Below are positions 40,127-42,056 of a stretch of DNA of 42,056 bases, in pieces. Under the pieces are notes generated by a model that did no database searches, was not told where the DNA came from, and saw only the letters and a list, made by a program, of their open reading frames with translations. Made by a program: the position numbers and the translations under genes. Location of the stretch: the NCBI GenBank assembly GCA_039030515.1, contig JBCCEA010000033.1:1-42056 (forward strand). Reading direction: 5' to 3'. Positions within the stretch are counted from its first letter, which is position 1. Every line of letters begins with the position of its first letter. The stretch comes from Myxococcota bacterium (lineage in GTDB: Bacteria; Myxococcota_A; Polyangia; Polyangiales; Houyiibacteriaceae).

Positions 40127-40209
40127 CCTTGCTCACGGACCCAGAGGCACCTTGTTCACGGACCCAGACGTGCCTTGCTCACGGACCCAGACGCGCCTTG
40201 CTCACGGAT
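40127..40209. repeat. About 3.6 copies of a 23 bp tandem repeat overlapping the dus stop codon
   Basis: CCTTG(C/T)TCACGGA-led units starting at 40127, 40150, 40173 and 40196. Confidence 0.9.
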
Positions 40210-41202
40210 AGAACCACTTTGTTCAAGACCGAGATCGCCTGCAGCACCGAGATCCAGCGCTTCGGCCGACTGAGGCCCAAAAAGTTGCTCGGCCCCGTCC
40301 AGCAACTCTTCGAGACCTCTGAGTCTCAGGAGAGGCTTGAGCCGCTCTGCACCATTCGGAAGAGCACGACCCAGGTAACGCAACTGTTCTTTGACCGGTC
40401 CTATTTTGCCGAATCCCTGTGGGGAAGCGAGCCAATGAAGGTACTGAACTATGTCGACACCTGCCGGACGAAAGGGGGACTCACCGTCTTGCAGTTGTCG
40501 TATCTGGCGGAAGATCCACGGGTTGCGCAGTGCCGGCCGGCCGATCATCACGCCAGCGCACCCGGTCTCTAGCTGCATCCTGCGGGCATCGGCGGCGTAC
40601 CAGACATCTCCGTTTCCGATGACGGGAATGGACATCGATTCGGCAAGAGCTTTCACGATGCGCCAGTCAGCGACTCCGCGATAAAAGTCGCAACGCCTTC
40701 TTGGGTGCACTACCAGGTAATCGATCCCGCAACCCTCAAGAAGCTTGGCTGTTTCTAACACTCCGGCGCTATCGTCATAGCCGGCACGGATTTTTGCACT
40801 CAGACGAACAGGAGTTGCGGCACGCATCGAACACACAACTTGCTTCAAGAGTGTTTGATCTTTGAGCATGGCCGCACCGACACCCTTGCGCACCACCCGG
40901 GGCATCGGACAACCGAGATTGATGTCGACAACCTCTGCGCCTGCAGCCGCGATGGCAGATGCCGCCTCAGCCATCTTGCAGGCTTCGTTACCCATCACCT
41001 GCACAGAAAGGGGTATTCCCGGCACCTTTACGACTTCGCGCTTCAATCGGGGGATGGATAGAGGAGCGCGACTTACTCTGAGAAATTCGGTACAGACGAT
41101 CCCGACGCCACCGTGTTTGGCGATACGCGCTCTGATCTTTGGAGAGGTTACTCCTTCCATCGGAGCCAACATCAAAGGGCTTGCAAAAGGATCAGGCGAC
41201 AT
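40156..41202 (-). CDS. dus: tRNA-dihydrouridine synthase family protein
   Basis: LAPMEGVT, DINLGCP, GAAML, KIRAGYD, VHPR, GNGDV, MIGRPALRNPWIF. Confidence 0.94.
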   Translation of the reverse strand: MSPDPFASPLMLAPMEGVTSPKIRARIAKHGGVGIVCTEFLRVSRAPLSIPRLKREVVKVPGIPLSVQVMGNEACKMAEAASAIAAAGAEVVDINLGCPMPRVVRKGVGAAMLKDQTLLKQVVCSMRAATPVRLSAKIRAGYDDSAGVLETAKLLEGCGIDYLVVHPRRRCDFYRGVADWRIVKALAESMSIPVIGNGDVWYAADARRMQLETGCAGVMIGRPALRNPWIFRQIRQLQDGESPFRPAGVDIVQYLHWLASPQGFGKIGPVKEQLRYLGRALPNGAERLKPLLRLRGLEELLDGAEQLFGPQSAEALDLGAAGDLGLEQSGSIREQGASGSVSKARLGP

Positions 41203-41392
41203 GAAGGTGAGAGATTAGTGCAACGCACCGCCATGCGCATCTTGGTGTGGTGTAGGGTGAGTGGAGTTGGAACCCTGAAATCGGATCCGCTCCATTTTTG
41301 CCGACGGGCGTTGGGAAGGAGTCTTTTTTCTAAGGCTGCACCCAGTCAAGAGAGGACAGCGCCCGGAGAGTTGGCGGTAGGTCGAACGCGAT

Positions 41393-42056
41393 TCCGTACC
41401 CAGTCCGGTGGCGGTGGGCCGGGTCCGCTGAACCTCCGCTGAACCGTACCCAGTCAGGAACCGTACCCAGTCGGGTGTGCGCACAGCACCCCTCCGCTGA
41501 ACCGTACCCGGTCAGGTAGAACCGTACCCGGTCGGGTAGCGCTGAACCGTACCCAGTCAGGTCGCGCGTGATTCTGTCAGGCTGAACCGTACCCAGTCAG
41601 GTTTGCCAGCGTCCGCTGAACCGTACCCGGTCAGGCTGAACCGTACCCGGTCGGGTCCAGCTGAACCGTACCCAGTCAGGTTTGCGTCGCGCTAGGTCGT
41701 CGGGTGGCGCTGAACCGTACCCGGTCAGGCTGAACCGTACCCGGTCGGGTCCAGCTGAACCGTACCCAGTCAGGAACCGTACCCAGTCAGGTTTGCCAGC
41801 GTCCGCTGAACCGTACCCGGTCAGGCAGAACCGTACCCGGTCGGGTCCAGCTGAACCGTACCCAGTCAGGTTTGCCAGCGTCTGCTGAACCGTACCCGGT
41901 CAGGTGGCGGTGGGCCGGGCGTGGTTCCGTACCCAGTCAGCTGAACCGTACCCGGTCAGCTGAACCGTACCCGGTCAGCTGAACCGTACCCGGTCAGGCT
42001 GAACCGTACCCAGTCAGGTTTGCCAGCGTCTGCTGAACCGTACCCGGTCAGGTGGC
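41393..42056 (-). repeat. Large cluster (over 20 copies) of the same repeat in reverse orientation, GAACCGTACCC(G/A)GTC(A/G)G
   Basis: Reverse complement of the core at 1-350; spacers recur; runs off the window end. Confidence 0.95.

Noticed and set aside
41393..42056. CRISPR array interpretation of the repeat clusters (also 1-350, 12293-12630, 24437-24690)
   Set aside because: The core is only about 16-20 bp, spacers are short, uneven and themselves repeated, and no cas genes are present.

Overview
GC-rich bacterial DNA, most likely Myxococcota (Polyangiales-like); this is inferred from the MglA-family GTPase, DUF4388 proteins, sigma-54 activator and Cys-rich lipoprotein. The standout is a tightly coupled minus-strand operon (about 26.4-37.5 kb) behind a sigma-54 promoter with palindromic enhancer-like sites, next to an NtrC-type regulator. 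It joins a bilin module (heme oxygenase, PcyA-like bilin reductase lacking PcyA His88/Glu76 equivalents, two phycobiliprotein-like globins, two V4R proteins, a 2Fe-2S protein) to a Ser/Thr kinase and a polarity-type switch (MglA-like GTPase with a long coiled-coil tail, two Roadblock/MglB-like proteins, a DUF4388 protein). The bilin core resembles the published pre-PcyA/BBAG clusters and the cyanobacterial slr0144-0152 operon; its link to an Mgl module is the part that looks new to me. The window also has two lower-GC islands of tandem orphan paralogues (HopA1-like and beta-propeller-like), a dispersed HExxH/radical SAM/membrane protein set, four clusters of a CTGACCGGGTACGG repeat (two at the window ends), and housekeeping genes (ligA, amt, dus, rhodanese, thioesterase, AKR, SDR). 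All family calls come from motif recognition by eye; no searches were run.
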